A stretch of DNA of 64,000 nucleotides from Nitrospinaceae bacterium. Lineage in GTDB: Bacteria > Nitrospinota > Nitrospinia > Nitrospinales > Nitrospinaceae. The DNA is taken from positions 928,001-992,000 of the forward strand of contig OZ250172.1 of assembly GCA_965237905.1 (NCBI GenBank), given 5' to 3'. The translations under genes and the position numbers were made by a program. Shown piece after piece: positions 49,901 through 61,900 of this stretch. The notes below the pieces were generated by a model. That model searched no databases. It was not told where the DNA came from and was given only the letters and a program-made list of their open reading frames with translations. Each line of letters begins with the position of its first letter. Position 1 is the first letter of the stretch.

Positions 49901-52900
49901 GTGACCATTGGCATTAATAATCGCATCGACGCCAATAAAAGCCTGGGTGTCTTTGGTGATGTTGACGGTTCCTACGGAACCGGCGGCACCAGCAGCCGCA
50001 ATGCCGACTCCCACAGCTCCGGCGATCGCGTCGATGTTGGTGGTATCGCTTGCTGTTACCAGTACGTCGCCCTCGGCATATACCGTGGCGTTGCTGTCGA
50101 TGTGAGCCTTGGTGGTGTTTTCGATACTCAGATATCCGACACCGCCGGCAATACCCACCACACCGCCGACAGCCACCCCAGCAGTGATGACGAGAAAATC
50201 CTCACTGCCGACTGCGGAAACGATGACGTCGTTGTTGGCCTGCACCAGCGCACCGCTTCCGATATAAGCATCAACGTTGTTCTTGATGAGACTGATTTCC
50301 ACGCCGGGCGCACCCGTGCCCGTACCGGCCAGTGCAACCCCGGCCCCAAAGCCCAGATGATAAAAATCGTTGGCAGCCGCGACAAGCACGTCTTGACCGG
50401 TGCTGGCACCGCTGAGGTCCGCGTTGATTTGTGCCTGAGCGCCGATAAAAGCCCGGGTATTGGTTTCGATAATGTTGCTGGAACCGCCGATGGCCACGGC
50501 GGCAGTACCACTACCGGCCAGGCTGACCCCGTAGGTTTCGAGATCGTCGCGGTTGGTGGCCGTAATGGCTACGCCCTGCAGGTCAGCCCTCCCTGGGTCG
50601 ATCGTCCGGTCCCCGGTGAAGGACGCATCAGAATTTGCGCTTTCGCCCACCGGATCAACCTCGCCGTCAGCAGAGCTGAGCCGAACGATGACCAGCGCGT
50701 TGTCGTCAACCGCGATCGTTTCGGTGGTCAGGACCTGGCTGGGATCCAACACAAGGGTTTGGCCCGCATCGGTAATATCAGCAATCAGGTAACTGCCCGC
50801 ATTGGAAGAACCCTCGATGGAGATGGTATCGCCAATTGCAAAGCCATCCGTTTCCCAGTTTCCAACATCTCGCGTGATCGTATCCGGATTCAAGTTACCG
50901 TCCACATCGGTTCCGGGGATTTCGTTAAACGTGATAGTTTCGCCTACCTCCCCTTGGAGTTCCGGAGTCGGAATAAACACCGCATCGCCGAAAACACCGG
51001 TACGGGCACTGACGGCCGGCTGCTGGCCCTTACCCGTCACCTGAGCCAACGAACCAATAAACGCTTCTGTGGTTTTATCAACGATAGCCACGGCACCTGC
51101 GGCACCGACGCCCACGGATCCGGCACCAACAAGATTGCCTGCGATAAGATCCATTTCCGTAGAAGTATCCGCGCTGACAATCACACTGCCATCGGCGTGT
51201 ACATTCGTGATATCGACACTACTCAGACCGAGAGGGCCATCGTTGCCGATGTAAGCCCGGGTCGTGGTGGTGAGATGATAAACGGCGGCCGAAATAATTA
51301 CCCCCACCGATCCGGAGGCCGCACCGGCCACTGAAAACGAGGCCAGGTCCTCAGTCGATAAAGCTTCAACGATGACGTTACCGTCTGCCGTCACATTGGC
51401 CGCGGCGGCGATGTAGGCCTGGGTATCTTTGTTGATGACAGCCGTATCCACACCCGCACCAACGGCTACACTACTGCTCAGACTGGCGGCACCGGCGAAA
51501 CCCAGGACATCAGTATTGCTACTAGCCTTAACCGTAACATTCGGGGCACTGTCATCGGCAGAAGTCGCATTGATAACGGCATGGTCGCCGATATAAGCAT
51601 AGGTATTTTCGGTCAGCAGATTGATGGTCGCGGAACCCGCGATTCCGGCAGTGGTAGAACCTGCTCCGGCGGCGGCTATGGAGAGGATATCCTCACTCGA
51701 GGTTGCCAACACGGACAGGCCTTGCGCTCCCATGGAGACGATATCAGCATTTTGGCCAACAAAAGCCTCCACGGTATCCGTCTTGATCAAGGTGGTATTG
51801 GCTGCGCCGATTCCTGCAGAATCACCAATACCCACACTGCCCGCGGTCATCGAAATGTCAGCCTTGCCGTCCGCAGAAATCGCAATGTCACCTTCGGCAT
51901 GTACAGTCGTAATGGCAAGAGGCGCGCTGTCGATATAAGCGCGGGTGCTGGTGTCCAGTGTGTATTCCGACCCGGAGAATGCGATTCCAGCCAAATTGCT
52001 GGCACCGAAGTTGGCCGCAACCGAGGTGATATCTTCTTCAGAATTTGCATCGATGACAATATCACCCCTGGCATTGACCGGTGCCGAACGACTGATGTAC
52101 GCCTGAGTATTTTTTGTAATTGTGCCGAAGTCTAAACCGGCGCCCACGCCGGCGCTTCCGCCAAATTGAATGCCGCCGGCAACAGCAATAATTTCGGTTT
52201 CATCCGATGCACGGACCAGAACATCCTGATTGACTCCGGCGCCCATGCCGGGCAGGTTGATTTGCGTGCCCTGGCCAATGTACGCGAGAGTTGTTTCATC
52301 TAAATTATTGACGATGATTGAGCCGTCGACTCCAACCTCGGCGCCATTGGCCGCTCCGGCAGTGATGGTCAATAGATCCTCGTAGGAATTGGCGACAACC
52401 GCGACGCCATGCATGTCCTCCAGAACCTTGGTGTCTCCACTCCTCTCACCGGTCAAAACACTGACGGTGCCTCCCAAACCTTTGGCCGTCACTACCGATG
52501 CGTCGTCGATGAAGGCTTCCGTACGATCGGTATGGATCACCGTGGAAAGTGATGCTCCGACACCGACCGAATCAGCGGAGATCGCAATATTTCCGATAAT
52601 GGTCTTGAATATAGCCTCGCTGTCGGCAGAGACTTTGACATTGGCGTCGGCCACCACCGTAGCCCCGGTAATAAAGGCCTGGGTCGTCGTATTAAGGGTA
52701 ATCACCGTGACGGCACCCGCGACTGCGACACTGCTGGAGCTTGCTCCGGCGACCACTGTTGTCAGGACATCCTCGCTTGAGGTCGCCAACACGGACACGC
52801 CTTGCGCTCCCATGGAGACGATATCGGCACCCTGACCAATAGAAGCCACTATGGTATTCGTCTTGACCAAGGTGGTATTGGATGCGCCGACTCCCGTAGA

Positions 52901-55900
52901 ATCGCCAACACCAACAGCGCCCGCGATCATTGTAATGTCGGCCGTGTTGTCCGCAGAAATCGCAATGTCACCTTCAGCATGCACAGTCGTCATGGCAAGA
53001 GGCGTGCTGTCAATATAAGCGCGGGTGTCGATATTCACTACCTGGACTGACACCGAGCCAGCTACGCCGGTAGTCCCTGCGATGCCTGCGTTCGCGGCGA
53101 TAGAAAGGATATCTTCATTGGAGTTCGCGTCTATTTCAATGTTCCCGTCCGATTCCACCTGGGCACCACTGCCGATATAGGCCCGCGTATCCTTGTCGAT
53201 CACGGCTACGTCCAGCCCCAGTCCCACGCCGGCGGCATCGGTCGACAGACCCAGCGCCCCTGCGACGCTCACTATATCTGTGGTACTGGTCGCTTGAACT
53301 ATCACCGATCCTTTTGGTGAGATGATGGCATCCTTATTAATCATGGAACCATCATCGATATAGGCTGTTGTTGTCAGATCGAAAACGTTGACGACCACCG
53401 CCGCCCCGACGCCCGTTTGCCCTTGGGTGGCTCCACCGGCAATAGCCATCGACATGAAATCGACGATATCAGTTTCCCCTAATAGTGTTTGGGTGAAAGT
53501 GATGGGAGCCAAATCTGTCTCGGCGGTAACGGACATGGTATCCGCTGCGTCGGCATTCCCTGCGATATACGCGGTTGTCATGGGATCCCCGCCCACACCT
53601 TCAAGAACTGTCACAGCCACAGATGCGCCGACCGCAGTCCCATCGGTGGAGAATCCTCCACCCGCGGCAAGAGTCTGAAGACCGATATCAGTCTCAGCAT
53701 CGACTTTCAATGTACTCTCAGACTTGAGGATCGATCCGTCGCGAGCTGAGGCCTCCGTAGAGAAGTCGACCACATTTATGCCGACAGATCCGGCTACGCC
53801 AACATCACTCTTTCCACCACTGGCAGAAGCCCCCCAGGCAATGAATTCGTTCCGCTCAGCACCGGTAGTAAGGGCCTCAATGATGATTCCGTTGCCCTCG
53901 ACCAGGGATCCAGAGTCGATGAATGCCCTATTCTCGACAGTCGCCACGTTCAGGGCGACAGCGGCGGCGACATTGATCGATCCGCTCTCAAGACTAATGG
54001 AGCCTCCCAAGGCCTTTGCAGTTGCATCCACTTCGGCCATGGCGCTCACCCGAACCGCACCTGCCGTATCAATGTCTGCACCGCTTATGATCGAAGCTGT
54101 GTTGGATACGTCGACAACATTCACCGCCACAGCAGCCGCCACACCAACGCTACTCGAACTATTGCCTGACTCAGAGTCCGCTGTGGCGCTGGCGCTGGTG
54201 ATCTCACCGCCTGCACTGGGCAAGGTTCGACCAAGGCCTCCATCATTGGTAAGTGAATTGTCGTTAACCTGCCCGTCCGCTTCATCATCGGAGTTTCGAG
54301 CGGACGAAGAGTTCCCGCCGGCACCTGCTTTTGCGATCACCTCACTTGTAATTGCCGATTCCGCAAGAATATCAATGGCACCGCTAGCGCTAATACTCCT
54401 GGCCACGATGGCATCTATCGTTTCATCAACAATATTGATGCCTACTGAAGCCCCCACTCCAACACTGTCTGCAGCCACATCAGCGCCAACAGTCGTTGTT
54501 ATCGAGCTGTTGTGGAGTGCATTCACCCCCACCGTGCCGGAGGCATCCAGAGCAGTGGTCCCGGTCCCGATCCGGGCTGTGGTGTCATTATCGACAATGG
54601 AGATCGCAGTAGACGGGGAGATGGCGATACTGCCGTCAGCCGCACCCGCCTCGGTGGTCGTAGTCACGGTGTGCCCCGCTGTCGTCGACACCAACACGTC
54701 ACCCGCCCCCGTGAGCCCGGCACCGTCCATTATCTCGGCCCGCGTGATGTTTATATCAAGTATATTCAGCGCCACTGACGCGCCGACACCCACATCACCA
54801 CCGGTCGCCGAGGTAGCCTCTACCGTGTGATCCGTGGTGTTCTCCGCCTGAAGGGTAACCGCACCACCCCCCGCATCAACATCCGCACCCGTCTGGATCA
54901 CTGCCTCAGTTCGGTTGTCCACATTATTCAGAGCAAAGGCGCCCGCAACCCCTACACTACTGTCCGGAGCGCCGGCGCCAGAGGTTGCGGTAGCCCCAAA
55001 CTTGTGCGTGGTGTCCCCTGTGGTGTTCATCAAGGCCCCGACATCTACACCCGTGGCTTCCACCGTACTCGAAGCACCGATCATCGCTTCGGTGGTCAGG
55101 CCCACCACATTGATCGCCACCGCCGCACCGATGCCCACACCCGCGACGGCACTACTGTCAGCGGTAGCTGACGCATCGGTATCACCGGCTGTCTGTACCG
55201 TAAGCTGGCCCGAGGCACTGCCTGACCCCGTAGCCCCATACACATTGTCCGAAAGTTTCGCGCGCGTCTCGGAGTCAGCCAGGTTCACCGCGACTGCAGC
55301 CGCAACACCCACATCCTCGCTACCACCGGCCCCATCACTGGATGTCGCATCAGGAGCATCATTCCCGGTACTCCCCTCCGTGGTTAGCGCGCGGCCGTGG
55401 CCCATTTGATTATCCGCTTCGGTATTGGCATCGTTCCCACCACTGCTCGGAGCTCCCTTGGCAGCCGCTTTCGCCCTCGTACTCGTCAGGGCCGCAGAAT
55501 GCGCCGTGATGGTCACAGCCCCACCAGCCCAAAGCTCACGCGTGAGTTCCGCCATCACGATGTCGTTGGCATCCGTAACCGCAACCGCTACACCCACCCC
55601 GACTTCACCGACCACACTGCCATCGGAGAGTGTCGTCACTGAACTGCTGTGGAGTGCATTCACCCCCACCGTGCCGGAGGCATCCAGAGCAGTAGTTCCG
55701 ATCCCGATCCGGGCTATGGTGTCATTATCGACAATGGCGATCGCAGCCGACGGGGAGATGGAGACATTGCCGCCAGTCGCACCCGCCTTGGTGGTCGTAG
55801 TCACGGTGTGCCCCGCTGTCGCCGACACCAACACGTCACCCGCTCCCGTGAGCCCGGCACCGTCCATTATCTCGGCCCGCGTGATGTTCGTATCAAGTAT

Positions 55901-58900
55901 ATTCAGCGCCACTGACGCGCCGACACCCACATCACCACCGGTCGCCGAGGTAGCCACGGCCGTGTGATTCGTGATGTTCTCCGCCTGAAGGGTGACCGCA
56001 CCACCCCCCGCATCAACATCCGCACCCGTCTGGATCACTGCCTCAGTTAGGTTGTCCACAAAATTCTGAGCATAGGCGCCCGCAACCCCTACACTACTGT
56101 CCTGAGCACCGGCGCCAGAGGTTGCTTTTGCAGTCAAGGTGTGCACAGCCGTCGTTTCATCTGAGCGGGACGCCATCGTTGCGCCCACCGTCAGAGCCTT
56201 GCTCTCGACGTTGATCAATGCGGGGATGTACGCCGTGTTGCTCACATCGGCAAGATTGATGGCAGCGGCTGCCCCAATACCAATATTGGTTTTTGTCACA
56301 CTGGCATCAGCGGTCGTAATGACATCGGCATTGGCGCTGGACTCGACCGCCAGACTGCCACCCACACTCAAGTCGCTCAGAACCGTCGCCGCAGAACTGA
56401 TATCCGCGATCGTTACGCCAACAGCAGCACCGATCCCAATCGGACCCCCACTGGAATCCGCATTCGGCGTTGTGGGTGAATCGTTGCCAGCGGCGCTTCC
56501 TGCATCGGCGGATTGCTCCTGCCCAAAAACCCGCTGTTTCCCTATTTGTGCATTCGCGCTACCCTCGTTATTCGCCTGCGACGAAGTCCCGGCGGCCGAC
56601 GCCTTCGCTATGCTCTCCCGACGGCCTACCACACGCGAAGAAATCTTCGATTCACCCGTACCCGTTGCCACGGTAGACCGCCAAACGGTCGCACCGACCA
56701 AATCCTTACCCAAAGTCAACGCCAAGGCAGCGCCAACCCCTACGCTGGACGCACCAGTGATCGTACCATCGGCTGTGGTGCTGACCGTACCCTCGTCCTG
56801 GGCAGCTTCAACCGACAGCGTCCCGCTCAGCGCCATCGGTCCCGCAAAGGTTCCCACCCGGGAGAAGGTCTCGACGTCTGCTATCGTGATCGCGACCGCA
56901 CCGCCGACACTCACATTCGCACCCGACGCACCCGCCTCGGCCAGAGTCGTAATCTTTGGCGTGGTCGTGGCTTTCAGACTCAGGTCGCCGACATTGGTCA
57001 GCGTTGCATTGTCTTCGATTTCGGCTCGGGTCAAGAGATCGACGATGTTCAGCGCCACACCGGCCCCGACCCCGGCCGTCCCGCCTGCCCCTTCAGTCTT
57101 TGCTTTCGCCATCGCCTCGGCACTCACACTGGCTTCTGCAATCAGCGAGACATCTCCCCCAACCACCGTCGCACCGTCCGCAACATACGCTTCTGTGATA
57201 ACATCGATGCTGTTCAACGCAAACGATCCAGCCACACCCACGGTCTGAGCACCGGCGCCAGAGGTCGCTTTTGCAGTCAAGGTGTGCGCAGCCGTCGTTT
57301 CATCTGAGCGGGACGCCATCGTTGCGCCCACCGTCAGAGCCCGGCTCTCAACATTGATCAATGCGGGGATGTACGCCGTGTTGCTCACATCGGCAAGATT
57401 GATGGCAGCGGCTGCCCCAATACCAATACTGGTCTCTGTCGCACTGGCATCAGCGGTCGTGATGACATCGGCATTGGCGCTGGACTCGACTGTCAGGCTG
57501 CCACCCACACTCACGTCGCTCATGACCGTCGCCGCAGAACTGATATCCGCGATCGTTACGCCAACAGCAGCACCGACCCCAATCGGACCTTCACTGGAAC
57601 CCGCACCCGGCGTCTGGGCTGAACCGCTGCCCGCGGTGCTTCCTAAATTGACGACTTGCTGCTGCCCAAAAACCCGCTGTTTCCCTATCTGTGCATTCGC
57701 GCTACCCTCGTTATTCGCCTGCGACGAGGTTCCGGCGACCGACCCCTTCGCCGTGCTCTCCCGACGGCCTACCACACGCGAAGAAATCTTCGATTCACCC
57801 GTACCCGTTGCCACGGTAGACCGCCAAACGGTCGCACCGACCAAATCCTTACCCAAAGTCAATGCCAGGGCAGCACCAACCCCTACGCTGGACGCACCAG
57901 TGACCGTACCATCGGCTGTGGTACTGACCGTACCCTCGTCCTGGGCAGCTTCAACCAACAGCGTCCCGCTCAGCGCCATCGGTCCCACAAAGGTTCCTAC
58001 TCGAGCAAAGGTATCGACGTCCGCTATCGTGATCGCGACCGCACCGCCGATGGAGGTACTACCACCTGCGACTCCGGCTTCGGCCAATGTCGTGACCTTC
58101 GGTGTGGTCTTGGAATTCAGACTCAGGTCGCCGACATTGATCAGCGTTGCATTGTCTTCGATTTCAGCTCGGGTCAAGAGATCGACGATGCTTAATGCAA
58201 CTGAACCACCCACTCCCACAGATTCACCTGCCCCTTCAGTCTTTGCTTTCGCCGACGTGTCAACCGAAACGCTGCTATCAGCATTGATAGACACATTTTG
58301 ATCGCCGCTTGAAACTGTGCCGGAGATTAACGCTTCCGTTACGACCGTTACCGTATTGAGCGCAAATGAACCGGCTACACCGACATCACTCGCCCCTGCT
58401 CCCGAAACAGCCTTGGCAGAGAAAGCACTCTTTTCATCCTTGGCCAATGTGCTTGCACTTATTTCAACGCTGCCCGAATCAATCTGACCGCTAATGAGCG
58501 CTTTTGTTGATATATCCCCGACATTGATCGCCACACCGACGCCGACACCGTCGCCACCGCCACTTACTGTAGAACCGTCCGCATTTGCGGCAACTGCAAG
58601 CTTACTCTGCCCGGATACTGCGATTGGGTTCTCTACTGCTAAAAAGCCCGGTGGAGCGGTTGTCGGTGAATCGATCTGCGCTAATGTGTCGGCATTAACG
58701 ATATTAAGAGAAATGGCAGCCGCGATTTGAAGATCTCCATCCGAGGTTTTTCCTCCGTTATTCTGCACTTCCGATTGCGTTTCAGCACCGTTGCCGGTGG
58801 AACCACCCGGGGTGGCAATAGACTTGGTGTCCACAGACAAATCCGTCTGTGCATTTATTGCAATCTCAGAGGGTTGCGATGCAATCAATACCGAGTCTTC

Positions 58901-61900
58901 GATGCGGGCTGTCGTCTCAACATCAACAAAGGCAACAGCAACACTACCGCCAACGGAACCTGTAGACCCTGAAGGCATCCCATCAGCGGTCGTTTTAACG
59001 GATACCGTGTTAATGGCAGAGATTTCCAGTGACCCATTGGCCGAAAGTGTTGTGGACTCATCGACATACGTAAGGGCATCACTTGTGAGAAATGAAAACG
59101 CGAATGTTGCGTTTAAACCCAGATCATTGTCTGACTCGTCTGCTTCGGCCAGCGCGCTTACGTCAACATTCGACGTAGACATTATTTTCAGATCTTCAGA
59201 ACTGGTGATGGAAGCACCACCGGTGATCACCTGAGCGCTGGATTGAGCGATGGCAAGAGCTACGGCAAATCCCGGAAACTTAAGCTCGAAACCAAGATCC
59301 TCAGTATCAACCGGCAGAAAATGCTCTGAAATACCGGTTACAGTCGAAATCGCACTGAGGGTGACATTGGCACCACTGATCGAGGCGCCGGAGCTGTCCA
59401 CACTCGCCGTTGACGTACCCAACAGAATCTGCTTGATGGTTTCATAGTTGAGAGTTACGGAACTTCCCGGGGCGAACGCTAATATGCTGGCCAGGAGCTC
59501 AACAATGTCTTTTTGGCTGATATCGATGCGTGAAGCGGCATTGATATTGACATCCCCAAAAGTAACAATGCTTGAGCCGGGGTCGAAAAGAATTGTTTCG
59601 GCGAAAAGGAAAAGATTTTTGTCTCCGAGATCGATGTCTCCGACAACCGTTAACTCATCGACACGTTCCCCTAAATCAACAATCACATCCAGTTCAGCGG
59701 GCAAGGCCAACAAATCGATGATTTTTTCATGGTCAGGGCCAAGGAATGTGGGGGCGCTTATTGTGAGGAAATTTTCGGTGACTATCCCAAAGCCGTCTTC
59801 GATAATCGTTTGCGACAAAGTGGCAATATCATCAGCGGGGAGAGAGAGTATATCGTTTAGAAATCGGTCTCTATCGGCTTCGACGGACAAATTGTAATAG
59901 TTCAGTCCATGGACGGCCCATACGGTGTCGCTGAACAACAAGAGCGAGTCGAGCGTGAACAAATTGAACTCACCGAAACCGACATCGATCAAAACGGCCA
60001 AGTCTTTGATGAAGCCGAATTTCTGACTACCCGCTATGGACGGATCAAACGTCAATTTGACAGCGCCGGACGTGGCGGTAAATACACCCAACACATCCAA
60101 ATTCAGTTGATCCATACTTAAATCAAGGATCTCGGTGTTAAAATCATACATCAAATCCACATCGGTGCCAAAGGCGGTCAAAAACGGCACGCCAGCCACA
60201 TCCACATTCAAATCCAATCGAGTAAAATTCATCTCAAAGACTGCCGTGCCAATATCATAGGAAGCCACAAAATCGGAGGCTGTGGCAGTGATCACCCCTA
60301 AAATATCCAGCGTTACCGGATCGGCCGTTAAGCCTAATTTTGTCGAGAAGGGACCGCCGGCCGTGTAATCGATACGTTCAGCAAACACGGTCAGATCCGT
60401 GAGAGTTAAAAACGAACCAAGGTTAAAAGTACCAAAATTTTTCTCGATTTTTCCAAGGGTAAACCCGTTGTTTCGAACGCTGAGCGATCTTTGGACCTGC
60501 TGTAGACCGGCCCCCGCTGCTATGATTTCCAAATCTGGTATAAAGCTAACGTCAAGGGTAGTATCAAAAGGCAACAAGGTGACGGATAGGTCCTCTACTA
60601 TTCCCAAAACCTCTTGTTCGGGAGGAGCATTCGAATCGTAGGTGATCACCACAGTGCTGGCATTGGCGGTCAATAGATTCTCGACTGTGAAATCGACCTT
60701 ATCGGCCGTCAGTCTCAAGATATTTGTATCTAAATCGAATGATCCGCTGATTGCGTTTCCATCTAAATCCGAGTCCGTTATGGATGCGGTGATCGTGTCA
60801 AAAATATTGATGGACGCACCTGCCGCGTTCAGTTCAATTATTTGATTTCCGGACTCAAGCTTAAAATCAACACGGGGTTTGTCTATTTTCAGGAAGTCGC
60901 CAACAACAATCTCGTCCAAGGTAACGGATCCGGTTGCGGTGAAGGTTGCGGGAGTATCGTCGAAGACATTATCGTCAGTAATAGCGATTGTTGCTGTGGC
61001 TTCAATTTCAGTATTCCCTATCTCACTCGTGGCCACAATGGGAAGAAGAATATCCAAGGCGCCGGTGACCGTCACCGCAACGTCGACGTCATCATTGATG
61101 ATATCCGTTATGGTCAGTCTCCCGTCTTCGGGAGTCAGGTCCGTGAGCGCGACACCGGCAGTAAAGTTAAATTGCGCCAGCGCATCCTTTATTCCCAGCT
61201 CTATAACATCCAAATCGGCCGAAAAATTTAAATTACCGGCACCCACCCGCGCATTAAGCTCGATGAAACCCACTTCGATAAACATATCGTCCAAGGTGAG
61301 CGGGTTCGCGTCGGGATCCTCAAAAAAATCATTTAAATCCAGCCTCAAGGACAATTGCGCATCCAGATTTACGGAAAGGCCAAGATCAACCTTATTATCC
61401 GAGGAATCCATGAATGGGAGGAGGCCGGACAGGTCCAGCTGGTAATCTATGTTTTTACCCAGCGAAAAGTTAATATCGAACTCAACGATGTTTGATGTGG
61501 TCAACCCGCCGGACACCGTTATCCCGATGTTTGAGAGCCCCTCCTCGGCATCGGCCCACAACCTGGTAATGTAATCTTCTATTGTCTGGTTTATGCCAAA
61601 ATACGTTGGGTTTTCGTCGAACGACACTACCCGATCGAAGTAAGCCAGAATAGGTTGGCCAAATTGCAGAAAATCCCCAAGGTCAGGGCCGGGAGAGTTG
61701 TGCACAAACCCGTTTAGTGTCCCGAGTCTTCCCTTAAGTCCGCCAATGGCTTTATTTACAACGGGGTTTCCGGTGATCGTTCGCGAAACAATACCTAACT
61801 CATTGGCACCTTGCTGAATAACCTCTTTGGCAGCGGCCGGAAGCTCTACAGGTTTACTGGGCGCCCCGATTTCTATTTGGTAAAACGTTGTAAAAGCCTC

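Noticed and set aside
49150..58253. Repeats considered as a CRISPR array, DGR template/variable repeats or IS copies
   Set aside because: All are in-frame coding repeats with no spacer structure, no obvious adenine-specific differences and no reverse transcriptase, cas or transposase gene in the window.
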